DNA of 17,058 nt from an uncultured Pseudomonadota bacterium (lineage in GTDB: Bacteria > SAR324 > NAC60-12): assembly GCA_913020725.1 (NCBI GenBank), contig CAJWCD010000082.1, forward strand, positions 1-17,058. The letters run 5' to 3'. The position numbers and the translations under genes were made by a program. Within the stretch, counting starts at the first letter, position 1. Every line of letters starts with the position of its first letter. Below are positions 9,375 to 17,058 of this stretch, in pieces. The notes under the pieces were generated by a model. The model did not search any database and was not told the origin of the DNA. It saw nothing but the letters and a program-made list of their open reading frames with translations.

Positions 9375-10265
9375 ATGCGCATCGGAGTGGATTTGGGCGG
9401 CACCAAGATCGAGGCGGTCGCCTTGGATGATACCGGAAGCGAACTTGCCAAGCAGCGGGTAGCGACTCCACGAGGTAATTATCCAGGCACCCTTGACGCG
9501 ATTGCGGAACTGGTGTCCGCGCTGGAGCAACAAACTGGACAGTCCGGAACCGTGGGTGTGGGCATGCCCGGCTCGTTCTCGACCGTCACGGGCGTGGTGC
9601 GCAACGCCAACTCGACGTGGCTGATCGGCCAGCCCTTCGACCACGACCTGCAAGCCAGGTTGGGACGCGAGGTGCGCTTTGCCAACGACGCGAACTGCTT
9701 GGCGGTTTCGGAAGCAGTGGATGGTGCGGGTGCGGGTGCGGCGGTGGTGTTTGCGGTCATCCTCGGCACGGGCGTGGGCGGCGGAGTCGCGCTCAACGGC
9801 AAGGTTCACAACGGGCACAACGCGATTGGCGGCGAGTGGGGGCACAATCCTTTGGGCTGGATGGAGCCGGAAGAGTTTCCCGGCCCGGATTGCTACTGCG
9901 GCAAGCGCGGCTGCATCGAAACCTTTGTTTCTGGAACAGGCTTCGAGCAGGATTTTCTGCGGACGACCGGAGAGCGGATACGTGGTCTGGAAATCGTGGC
10001 CCGTGCCGCATCCGGGGATGCCGATGCCGATGCCGCGTTGCAACGCTACGAACACCGCCTCGCCCGCTCAATTGCCACGCTGGCCAACGTCCTTGATCCG
10101 GACGTGTTCGTTCTCGGTGGAGGCATGTCCAACCTACCCCAGATCTATGAGACGCTGTCCCGGCTGGTTCCTAACTGGACGCTGGGGGGCGAATTCACCA
10201 CGCCCATTCGCCCGGCGAAACACGGCGACTCTTCCGGCGTTCGCGGCGCGGCGTGGCTGTGGTGA
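9375..10265 (+). CDS. mak: ROK-family sugar kinase (manno/fructokinase-like)
   Basis: [46 protein letters not shown], zinc motif [10 protein letters not shown], and [14 protein letters not shown]. Confidence 0.9.
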   Translation: MRIGVDLGGTKIEAVALDDTGSELAKQRVATPRGNYPGTLDAIAELVSALEQQTGQSGTVGVGMPGSFSTVTGVVRNANSTWLIGQPFDHDLQARLGREVRFANDANCLAVSEAVDGAGAGAAVVFAVILGTGVGGGVALNGKVHNGHNAIGGEWGHNPLGWMEPEEFPGPDCYCGKRGCIETFVSGTGFEQDFLRTTGERIRGLEIVARAASGDADADAALQRYEHRLARSIATLANVLDPDVFVLGGGMSNLPQIYETLSRLVPNWTLGGEFTTPIRPAKHGDSSGVRGAAWLW

Positions 10266-10268
10266 ACC

Positions 10269-11396
10269 TCAGCTTTTAGCGAGTTGCTTGTCCAGATCGA
10301 AAAACGGTATCGGCACCACGGTTGCGGAACGGGTGCCCTCCGGAGTGCGCAGGTCGAGCGCGGTTCCCGGCTCAGTGAGCCGCAGTGGCACCATCGCAAA
10401 GCCAAGGTTCTGTTTCAGGCGTGGCGAGTACACGCTGGAGGTGAGCTTGCCCACCGAGGAGTTCCCGTCAAAGACGAGACAATCCTCCAGTCCGGCAGGC
10501 AGCGGTTCTCCGTCAATTTCAACGCCCACGAGCTTGCGCGTCACACCAGCTTCCTTAATGCGCTGCAATGCGGCTTTGCCGATGAAATCCGCTTCCAGTT
10601 CGGTGTCCACCAAGCGTCCCAGCCCAATCTCGAATGGATTGTTTTCGGTGGTCATGTCCGCCCCGTAGGAGTAGATGCCGGCCTCGATGCGGCGGATTTG
10701 CGAGGGTGAGCCGGGGGCGATGCCGTAGGGCTGGCCCGCCCTCATGATGCGTTCCCACAACTCCGTGCCCCGCGAACCGTCCCGCAAGTATACCTCAAAG
10801 CCCTTCTCGCCACTCCAGCCGGTTCGGGAGACCAGCAACGGAATGCCGTGCAGTTCGGCCTCGCGGCAATGGAAATACTGCAACTCGTTAATCCAGTCAC
10901 CGAAGAGCGCGGCGAGCGTGTCTGCGGAATGCGGCCCTTGGACCTGCACGGGCGAAACGTCCGGCTCGCACAAGGTCACGTCAAGCCCGGAATGCACGGC
11001 AACGCCTTTCGCGTAAAGCAGCACGTCGCTGTCGGCGAGGCTCAGCCAGAAGTGATTTTCCGCGAGCCGCAACAGCACGGGGTCGTTGACGATGCCCCCG
11101 TCCTCGGCGGTGATCAGCACGTACTTGCACTGGCCGACCTTGCATTTCGAGAGGTTGCGGGGCGTGAGCAACTGCACGAACTTCGCCGCGTCCGGACCCG
11201 TGATTTCGACCTGCCGTTCGACTGCGACATCCCAGAGGCTGACGCTGCGGATCAAAGGCCAGTAGTCCTCCTCCGGGGAGACGTAGTAGGTGGGCATGTA
11301 CATGCGGTTGTACACCGTGAAGCCCTTGACTCCAGAATCGAGGGTCGCCTGATGAAAGGGGGATTTGCGGATGCGGGCACTGAGGTTGAGCAGCAC
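10269..11396 (-). CDS. GcvT-family THF-dependent aminomethyltransferase/demethylase, DmdA-like
   Basis: RIRKSPF...GVKGFTVYNRMYMP, WDVAVERQVEITGPDA, GGIVNDPV, FWLSLADSD, EPDVSPVQVQGP, SRTGWSGEKGFEVY and RIEAGIYSYGADM. These match DmdA and its sister clades rather than canonical GcvT (FDVSHMG, RTGYTGEDGFE). GTG start with AAGG upstream. Confidence 0.85.
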   Translation of the reverse strand: MLLNLSARIRKSPFHQATLDSGVKGFTVYNRMYMPTYYVSPEEDYWPLIRSVSLWDVAVERQVEITGPDAAKFVQLLTPRNLSKCKVGQCKYVLITAEDGGIVNDPVLLRLAENHFWLSLADSDVLLYAKGVAVHSGLDVTLCEPDVSPVQVQGPHSADTLAALFGDWINELQYFHCREAELHGIPLLVSRTGWSGEKGFEVYLRDGSRGTELWERIMRAGQPYGIAPGSPSQIRRIEAGIYSYGADMTTENNPFEIGLGRLVDTELEADFIGKAALQRIKEAGVTRKLVGVEIDGEPLPAGLEDCLVFDGNSSVGKLTSSVYSPRLKQNLGFAMVPLRLTEPGTALDLRTPEGTRSATVVPIPFFDLDKQLAKS

Positions 11397-11477
11397 GGGA
11401 ACCTTTTGAACGTGAGCGGTGGATGAAACGAACCAGCGACTCGAAGCCCCTCCTAGTCGCCAAACCCGATCAGCGTA

Positions 11478-12259
11478 TCACAGTTCGGTACGGATCGCCC
11501 AAAGATCGGGAAAGACAGGCTGGAAGAGGGTTTTGGCAAGGTAGCCTACTCCGCTAGAACCGCCCGTGCCCTGCTTGTTGCCGATGGTGCGCTCGACCAT
11601 CTTCACATGACGGTAGCGCCATTCCTGCAAGCCCTCGTCAAGATCAACGAGCAGTTCGCAGAGCTAGGTCAGCGAAGGGTGGGTGCGGTACACTTGGATG
11701 AGGATTTGCTGCACTTCCGGATCGGGCGCGAGCGGCTGCGTGGGGTCTCGGGAAAGGCGATCTGCTGGAATCGGCAAGTCGTGGGCGTGGAGGCAATTCA
11801 GGAAAGCGTCCCAAAGTCCGGGATTGGCGAGCCGGGCCTGTAGCCGTTTATATTCGGGGGAATCCTCCAGAAAGCGACTCAACACCTGCGGGCGCTTGTG
11901 CCCCAGCACGAACTCCAACTCCCGGAACTGCGCCGACTGAAACCCGCTGGAGGAGGCGAGGAATTCCCGGAAGGAGAGGAATTCGGTCGGGGTCATCGTC
12001 TCCAGAATGTCGAGTTGGGAGACCATCGTCTTGAGGATGGTGAGGATGCGCTTGAGGGTGTGCTGGGCGCGGGGCAGGTTGCTTTTCCCAGTAGCCGGAT
12101 GAGATGATCGGTCTCGTGCAACACTTGCTTGAACCACAGCTCGTACACCTGATGGGTGATGAGGAAGAGCAGTTCGTCACGCTCGCGGTCCTTGGAGCGG
12201 AACTCCTGTAGGTTGAGTAGTTGGTCGAGTTTGAGGTAGGAGGAGTAAGTGAGCGGCAT
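11478..12259 (-). pseudogene. kynA: Tryptophan 2,3-dioxygenase, disrupted by a frameshift and an in-frame stop
   Basis: N-terminus MPLTYSSYLKLDQLLNLQ...DELLFLITHQVYELWFKQ. Frame changes at 12083-12089, then LETMTPTEFLSFR...SSGFQSAQFRELE. In-frame TAG at 11664-11666, followed by LVDLDEGLQEWRYRHVKMVERTIGNKQGTGGSSGVGYL...FPDLWAIRTEL and TGA at 11478-11480. Confidence 0.93.
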
Positions 12260-12274
12260 GGGGATCCAGAGACT

Positions 12275-13456
12275 TCAGGCGGAGGTTCGATAGGCTCGCA
12301 GGGCTTGGTCGCCGAGGATGAGCTGCTGCACCTCGGAAGCCCCTTCGTAAATGCGCAAGGCACGGATTTCGCGGTAAAGCTCCTCGACGGGCATTCCGGA
12401 TTTCACACCAAGTCCGCCGAAAAGCTGCACGGCGTCGTCAATCACTTGCTGGGCGGCTTCGGTGGCGTGGAGCTTGGCCATTGAGGCTTCGCGGGTGATG
12501 CGCCCCTCGCGGGAATCACGGGTCCAGGCGGCGCGATACACCAGCAAGGCACTCGCATCCACTTGCAGGGCCATCTCGCCGAGCTTGGCCTGCACGAGCG
12601 GAAGCTGGTCCATCGTCTGCCCAAAAAGCTTCCGGGAAGTGACGCGCCCCAACGCTTCGTCCAGCGCACGACGCGCAAAGCCGAGCGCGGCGGCCCCGAC
12701 GGTGGAGCGAAAAATGTCGAGCGTCCCCATCGCAATCTTGAAGCCCTGTCCGAGCGCACCGAGTTGTGCCGACACCGGAAGCTTGCAGTTCCGGAAGCGC
12801 AGGGTCGCCAGTGGGTGCGGGGCGATCACCTCCAGCCGTTCGGAGATTTCCAAACCCTCGGCATCGGCATCCACGAGGAACGCGGTCAATCCCTTGGCTC
12901 CCGGAGCTTCACCCGTGCGGACAAAGACGGTGTAGAAATCTGCGATGCCGCCGTTGGAAATCCAAGTCTTGCTACCGTTGATGACGAAGTGGTCGCCTTC
13001 CCGGACAGCAGTGGTTGTGAGGTTGGCAACATCCGATCCAGCGTCCGGTTCCGTGAGCGCGAAGGCTGCGATTTTCTCGCCAGTGCGCACTCCCGGAAGG
13101 TAATTGGATTTCTGTTCGTTTGTGCCGAAAAGCGAGATCGCCCCGCTGCCGAGTCCCTGCATCGCAAAGGAGAAATCCGCCAAACCCCAGTGCCGCGCCA
13201 GTGTCTCCCGGATCAGGCAGAGGGCGCGCACGTCCAGTGTTTTGGCATGACCGCCATACGCTTCCGGAACGCACCAACCCAGCCAGCCTGCTTGGGCCAG
13301 TTGTTTGACGAGTGCGCGGGAAGCGTCATCCACTTCGGCAATCGAGTGCGGATGGCTCGGCTGGAGCTTGCGGGCGCACCACACCTCCAATTCCTTGGCG
13401 AGGGTGCGGTGCTGTTTGGAGAAGAACGGCCAGTCGAGGAAGCTGCGGTCCGGCAT
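12275..13456 (-). CDS. Acyl-CoA dehydrogenase of the 2-aminobenzoyl-CoA pathway type
   Basis: [39 protein letters not shown] and [17 protein letters not shown]. Start overlaps the upstream stop (TGATG). Confidence 0.92.
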   Translation of the reverse strand: MPDRSFLDWPFFSKQHRTLAKELEVWCARKLQPSHPHSIAEVDDASRALVKQLAQAGWLGWCVPEAYGGHAKTLDVRALCLIRETLARHWGLADFSFAMQGLGSGAISLFGTNEQKSNYLPGVRTGEKIAAFALTEPDAGSDVANLTTTAVREGDHFVINGSKTWISNGGIADFYTVFVRTGEAPGAKGLTAFLVDADAEGLEISERLEVIAPHPLATLRFRNCKLPVSAQLGALGQGFKIAMGTLDIFRSTVGAAALGFARRALDEALGRVTSRKLFGQTMDQLPLVQAKLGEMALQVDASALLVYRAAWTRDSREGRITREASMAKLHATEAAQQVIDDAVQLFGGLGVKSGMPVEELYREIRALRIYEGASEVQQLILGDQALRAYRTSA

Positions 13457-14256
13457 CAGTTACCCTCGAAGGCAGGGCGTTGTTTGGCGACAAACGCTTC
13501 GTAAGCCCGCACGAAATCCTGAGTTTGCATACAGAGCGCCTGTGCTTGCGCCTCGGATTCGATGGCCTGTTCGATGCCCATGTTCCACTCTTGGTTGAGC
13601 ATCGTTTTCGTGATGCCGTGCGCGAAGTTCGGTCCTGCGATCAGACGGCGGGCCATTGCCGTGGTTTCCTCTAGTAGCTGTTCCGAAGCATGAAGCGCAT
13701 TGTAAAAACCCCACGCCAAGCCTTCCTCCGCTTTCATGCTGCGTCCTGTGAAAAGCAGTTCGGAAGCACGACCCTGCCCGATGATGCGGGGCAGCATCGC
13801 ACACGCGCCCATGTCGCAACCCGCGAGTCCGACGCGGGTGAAGAGGTAAGCCACCTTCGCTTCCGGAGTGCCGTAGCGCAGGTCGCAGGCCATTGCAATC
13901 GCCGCTCCAGCTCCGACGCAAACCCCGTCAATCGCCGCCAGCACAGGTTGCGGGCACGCCCGGATCGCCTTGACAAGATCGCCCGTCATGCGCGTGAAGG
14001 CGAGCAGTCCCTTCATGTTCATCTTCGTGAGTGGGCCGATGATTTCGTGAACGTCCCCTCCGGAACAGAAATTCCCGCCCGACCCCGTGAACACCACCGC
14101 CTGCACGTCCTCGGCATACGCGAGGTCGCGGAAGGTGTCCCGGAGTTCTGCGTAGGACTCAAACGTGAGTGGGTTCTTGCGCTCCGGACGGTTGAGCGTG
14201 ATGGTGGCGAGGGGGCCGTCAAGCTCCCACTGGAAGTGTTTTGGTCGGATAGACAT
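13456..14256 (-). CDS. Enoyl-CoA hydratase/crotonase family protein of the 2-aminobenzoyl-CoA pathway type
   Basis: [45 protein letters not shown] and [15 protein letters not shown]. Translationally coupled on both sides. Confidence 0.9.
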   Translation of the reverse strand: MSIRPKHFQWELDGPLATITLNRPERKNPLTFESYAELRDTFRDLAYAEDVQAVVFTGSGGNFCSGGDVHEIIGPLTKMNMKGLLAFTRMTGDLVKAIRACPQPVLAAIDGVCVGAGAAIAMACDLRYGTPEAKVAYLFTRVGLAGCDMGACAMLPRIIGQGRASELLFTGRSMKAEEGLAWGFYNALHASEQLLEETTAMARRLIAGPNFAHGITKTMLNQEWNMGIEQAIESEAQAQALCMQTQDFVRAYEAFVAKQRPAFEGN

Positions 14257-14660
14257 CAGGAGTTTGGTGAATCGGGGATTACGGCGGTGGTCTCAATCTC
14301 CACCTTGGCACGGTCTTCCATCAGTCCGGAAACCTCGACGACGGCCATCACGGGGAAGTGCTTGCCGATCACAGCGCGGTAGGCCGCTCCGACTTGCTTG
14401 ACTTGGGCGAGGTATTCCTGCCGATTGGTGACGTACCATGTCATGCGCACGATGTGTTCCGGACCCGCTCCTGCTTCGGCGAGGACGGCGAGCGTGTTCT
14501 GTAAAGTTTGCCGCACTTGATCCGTGAAGTCGTCGGATTCGAACACCCCTTGCGGATCCCAGCCGATCTGCCCGGCGACGAAAACCATTGTGCCACGGGC
14601 GGCCATCCCATTCGCGTAGCCCGGAGGCCGGGGCCAGCCCGGAGGTTGCAGGACTTGCAT
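14256..14660 (-). CDS. RidA/YjgF/YER057c/UK114 family protein
   Basis: [45 protein letters not shown] and [11 protein letters not shown] 14660 overlaps the ligase TGA. Confidence 0.9.
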   Translation of the reverse strand: MQVLQPPGWPRPPGYANGMAARGTMVFVAGQIGWDPQGVFESDDFTDQVRQTLQNTLAVLAEAGAGPEHIVRMTWYVTNRQEYLAQVKQVGAAYRAVIGKHFPVMAVVEVSGLMEDRAKVEIETTAVIPDSPNS

Positions 14661-16258
14661 CAACGCGCCTCCTGCTGGCGGAGCCGGAAACGCTGAATCT
14701 TGCCAGTCTCGGTTTTCGGCAGACTCTCGACAAACTCAAGAGCGCGGGGGTACTTGTACGGGGCGATCGTGTTTTTCACGAAATCCTGAAGTTCCTTGGT
14801 GAGCGCATCGTCCCCCTCGTGCCCTGGACGCAGCAGCACGAACGCCTTGACGAGTTGGCCGCGTTGCTCGTCCGGGACCCCGATCACGGCGCATTCAGCC
14901 ACGGCGGCATGGGACATCAGCGTGGATTCCACTTCGGGTCCGGCGATGTTGTAACCTCCGGAAATGATCATGTCGTCACTGCGGGCCTGAAACCAAAAAT
15001 AACCGTCCTCGTCCATTTGGTAGGAATCACCCGTGAGGTTCCAGCCGTTGCGGACATAGTTCTGCTGCCGCTCGTCGTCGAGGTAGGTGCAACCCGTCGG
15101 GCCGCGCACGGCAAGATGCCCGGTGGTTCCCGGAGGCACGGGCTTCAGGTCGTCGTCCACAACCATCGCCTCATAGCCCGGAACCACCTGCCCGGTCGCT
15201 CCCGGCTTGATCGCATCCAGCCGCGATGAGATGAAGATGTGCAGCAGTTCGGTGGTGCCGATGCCATCGAGAATCTCCACTCCGGTCTTGGCCTTCCACT
15301 CCTCGTAGGTCGGCTTGGGCAGCGGTTCTCCGGCAGAAACGCAGAGCCGCAGCGAGGGCAGCGATGTGCTTTCCAGCTTGCCCAGAATGAAGCGGTAGGC
15401 TGTGGGCGAGGTGATGAGGACCGTCGCTTGATGCTCCTGAATGGCGGGCAGCAATTTGTCCGGGCTGGGCTGTTCCAAGAAAATCGCGCTGCCCCGAGCG
15501 TACAGCGGAAACAACGCCAACCCGCCCAGACCGAAGGTGAAGGCCAGCGGCGGACTGCCAATGAAGCGATCCTCCGGAGTGGGGGCAAGGCAGGTTTCGC
15601 TGTAGGCGCGGCACATGCTCAACATGTCGCGGTGGAAGTGCGCGGCGGCCTTGGGCTGTCCGGTGGTGCCGGAGGTGAAAGCGATCAGGCAGATGTCGTC
15701 CTGCGCGGTCGGGACGTTGGTGAAGGTGTCCGGTTTCGTGGTGGCCATCTGCTCCAACTCGGCCTCCCGAAAGGTGACGATGCGCTCCAGGCACGAATCC
15801 GCACGCGCCGCTTCCAGTTCTGCGAGCAGTCGTTGGTCGCAGAGCGCGAGCCGGACCTGCGACTTGTTGATGATTGTCCGGAGTTCGGTGGCTCGCAGCA
15901 AGGGCATGGTGGCAACGGCGATGCCTCCGGACTTGATCACACCAAACCAGCAAGCGAGCATTTTGTAGTTGTTGGGGGCGCGAAGCAACACGCGGTTGCC
16001 GGGAACCAAACCCAAGTCTTCTGTGAGGACGCGGGCGATGCGGTTGGCGTCCGCCTGCAATTCTGCATAAGTCCACTGACCCTCTGACATGATCACTGCC
16101 AGACGATCTCCGTGTCCTTCGCTCAGGGCATTATCCAGCAAGGGTGTGGCGCAGTTGAGCGTTTCCGGATACTCAAAGCGGTCGAGGTTGATGAAGTCCG
16201 GCCACTGTTCCTTGGGGGGAAGGTGGTCGCGGGCGAAAGTGTCAACGTGTGCAGTCAT
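14660..16258 (-). CDS. abmG: 2-aminobenzoate (anthranilate)-CoA ligase, benzoate-CoA ligase family
   Basis: N-terminus TAHVDTFARDHLPP..QWP, AMP-binding AFTSGTTGQPK, HFHRD, GSPPLAFTFGLGG, DGIGTTE and IAPYKYPR...LPKTETGKIQRF. Gene context matches abm-type clusters. Confidence 0.88.
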   Translation of the reverse strand: MTAHVDTFARDHLPPKEQWPDFINLDRFEYPETLNCATPLLDNALSEGHGDRLAVIMSEGQWTYAELQADANRIARVLTEDLGLVPGNRVLLRAPNNYKMLACWFGVIKSGGIAVATMPLLRATELRTIINKSQVRLALCDQRLLAELEAARADSCLERIVTFREAELEQMATTKPDTFTNVPTAQDDICLIAFTSGTTGQPKAAAHFHRDMLSMCRAYSETCLAPTPEDRFIGSPPLAFTFGLGGLALFPLYARGSAIFLEQPSPDKLLPAIQEHQATVLITSPTAYRFILGKLESTSLPSLRLCVSAGEPLPKPTYEEWKAKTGVEILDGIGTTELLHIFISSRLDAIKPGATGQVVPGYEAMVVDDDLKPVPPGTTGHLAVRGPTGCTYLDDERQQNYVRNGWNLTGDSYQMDEDGYFWFQARSDDMIISGGYNIAGPEVESTLMSHAAVAECAVIGVPDEQRGQLVKAFVLLRPGHEGDDALTKELQDFVKNTIAPYKYPRALEFVESLPKTETGKIQRFRLRQQEAR

Positions 16259-16267
16259 GGCTTCTTC

Positions 16268-16434
16268 TCATTGCGGCAGGTATTGGGCAAAGTCCTTCTC
16301 TATGGCCTTCGGGTCAGCAGCCAGTCCTTGGGAGACGCCACTGGCCATGTCTCCCGGATAGACCTCCTCGGTTCCAGAACGTAATGCTGCAATGATGGCT
16401 TGCGCGACTTCGACGGGTGGCATCTTGGGTGGAG
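16268..16434 (-). pseudogene. C-terminal remnant of a short-chain dehydrogenase/reductase (SDR)
   Basis: Reads PPKMPPVEVAQAIIAALRSGTEEVYPGDMASGVSQGLAADPKAIEKDFAQYLPQ* (TGA 16268-16270), which resembles SDR C-termini. No Rossmann or YxxxK region lies upstream; the sequence turns AT-rich near 16435. Confidence 0.65.
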
Positions 16435-16452
16435 AGTGTTCAGTTATAGATA

Positions 16453-16659
16453 CTGATGTTACGCAGAGCGTAATATACTGAAATTCTTTGAAAAATTTAT
16501 TTTTCTCACATGTGACCTCTGAAATTCATCGACTTGCTGAAATTGTGTGGATTGTAACCCCTTGAAATTTATAGAAAAATGATACAGGCCAAATCAAATG
16601 AAAAATTGGTTTTATTTTTAATAAATTATTTTAGTAAGTTGTATTCTGCGTAACATCAG
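16453..16659. mobile_element. 207-bp MITE / non-autonomous IS derivative
   Basis: Perfect 15-bp terminal inverted repeats CTGATGTTACGCAGA (16453-16467) and TCTGCGTAACATCAG (16645-16659). Exact 7-bp direct repeat ATAGATA on both sides (16446-16452, 16660-16666). About 30% GC (61/207 by hand count) in a roughly 60% GC context. No transposase. Confidence 0.88.
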
Positions 16660-16687
16660 ATAGATAGATGAAAATATTTTTTGAAAG

Positions 16688-17058
16688 TCACGAAATATTT
16701 CCGGACACGGAAGAATGCAGTGCCGCAGCCCGTGATTGGGAGCGGTTTGGGCTGGAAGTGTCAGACGACTGCTCTGCCTTCCGAACCCGAGACAAGAGCC
16801 TAAGCAAGATTTCAATTTCATCAAGGTCGAAATCAGACAACGCTGTGCTCACCCAGTCTCGATGAGTTTCGGCCATGCGGGTAAATTGCTCACCACCTTC
16901 CTGAGTCAGCAACACTCGCTGGGTACGACGGTCCGGTGGAGTGCGGTGCAGTTCCACCCAGCCTTCTGTCGCCAAACGTTGGACGACTCCGGTGACGTTG
17001 CCGTTGGAAACGAGCAGGTATTTTGACAATTCCGACATTGTCATTGGACGAGCGGCGC
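16688..17058 (-). CDS. MarR-family transcriptional regulator (5' end beyond the window)
   Basis: MTMSELSKYLLVSNGNVTGVVQRL...DRRTQRVLLTQEG is a MarR winged helix of the type found in abm clusters. The frame stays open to the window edge. Confidence 0.88.
   Translation of the reverse strand, partial: AARPMTMSELSKYLLVSNGNVTGVVQRLATEGWVELHRTPPDRRTQRVLLTQEGGEQFTRMAETHRDWVSTALSDFDLDEIEILLRLLSRVRKAEQSSDTSSPNRSQSRAAALHSSVSGNIS

Noticed and set aside
9723..10035. Hexamer repeats GGTGCG x3 and GATGCC x3 in the ROK gene
   Set aside because: In-frame repeats encoding GAGAGA and DADADA in an intact protein; no sign of phase variation.
8622..10055. 477-aa antisense ORF, and similar long shadow ORFs (6872-8026, 9679-10668, 12563-13504, 15171-16076, 15239-16087)
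   Set aside because: They overlap well-supported genes, carry no recognisable motifs, and are expected in high-GC coding DNA.
10269..11396. Assigning the symbol gcvT or dmdA
   Set aside because: It lacks canonical GcvT motifs and gcvH/gcvP neighbours, and true DmdA cannot be separated from sister clades without a phylogeny.
11436..11460. Hairpin GCGACT-N13-AGTCGC between kynA and the DmdA-like gene
   Set aside because: Only a 6-bp stem with a long loop and no clean U-tract; too weak to call a terminator.
11664..11666. In-frame TAG as a pyrrolysine codon or genome-wide stop reassignment
   Set aside because: No pyl genes in the window, no other gene has an internal TAG, and the same gene also has a frameshift.
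16433..16710. A second, outer IS with ends GAGTGTTCAG / CCGGACACGG enclosing the MITE
   Set aside because: Only about 6 of 10 bases match, there is no target duplication, and the right end falls inside the marR coding tail.

Overview
GC-rich bacterial chromosomal window. Left to right: a possible IS30-type transposase N-terminal fragment at the edge, then a GT2 LPS-type glycosyltransferase (-). A + strand run follows: large NAD-glutamate dehydrogenase, a long RelA/SpoT homolog with an intact HD hydrolase but an apparently dead synthetase domain, a glycerophosphodiester phosphodiesterase and a ROK kinase. Converging on it is a - strand catabolic cluster: MarR regulator (cut by the window edge), a truncated SDR remnant, 2-aminobenzoate-CoA ligase, RidA, enoyl-CoA hydratase, acyl-CoA dehydrogenase, a tryptophan 2,3-dioxygenase pseudogene (frameshift plus in-frame TAG) and a DmdA/GcvT-like THF-dependent demethylase. 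Non-coding features are a 207-bp AT-rich MITE (perfect 15-bp inverted ends, 7-bp target duplication), an intergenic spacer with three different heptamer arrays and a hairpin, and a CRP/FNR-like palindrome. The best leads are the hydrolase-only long RSH, the MITE, and the selectively decaying anthranilate cluster linked to a DmdA-like gene. All protein calls come from motif recognition by eye; no database searches were run.
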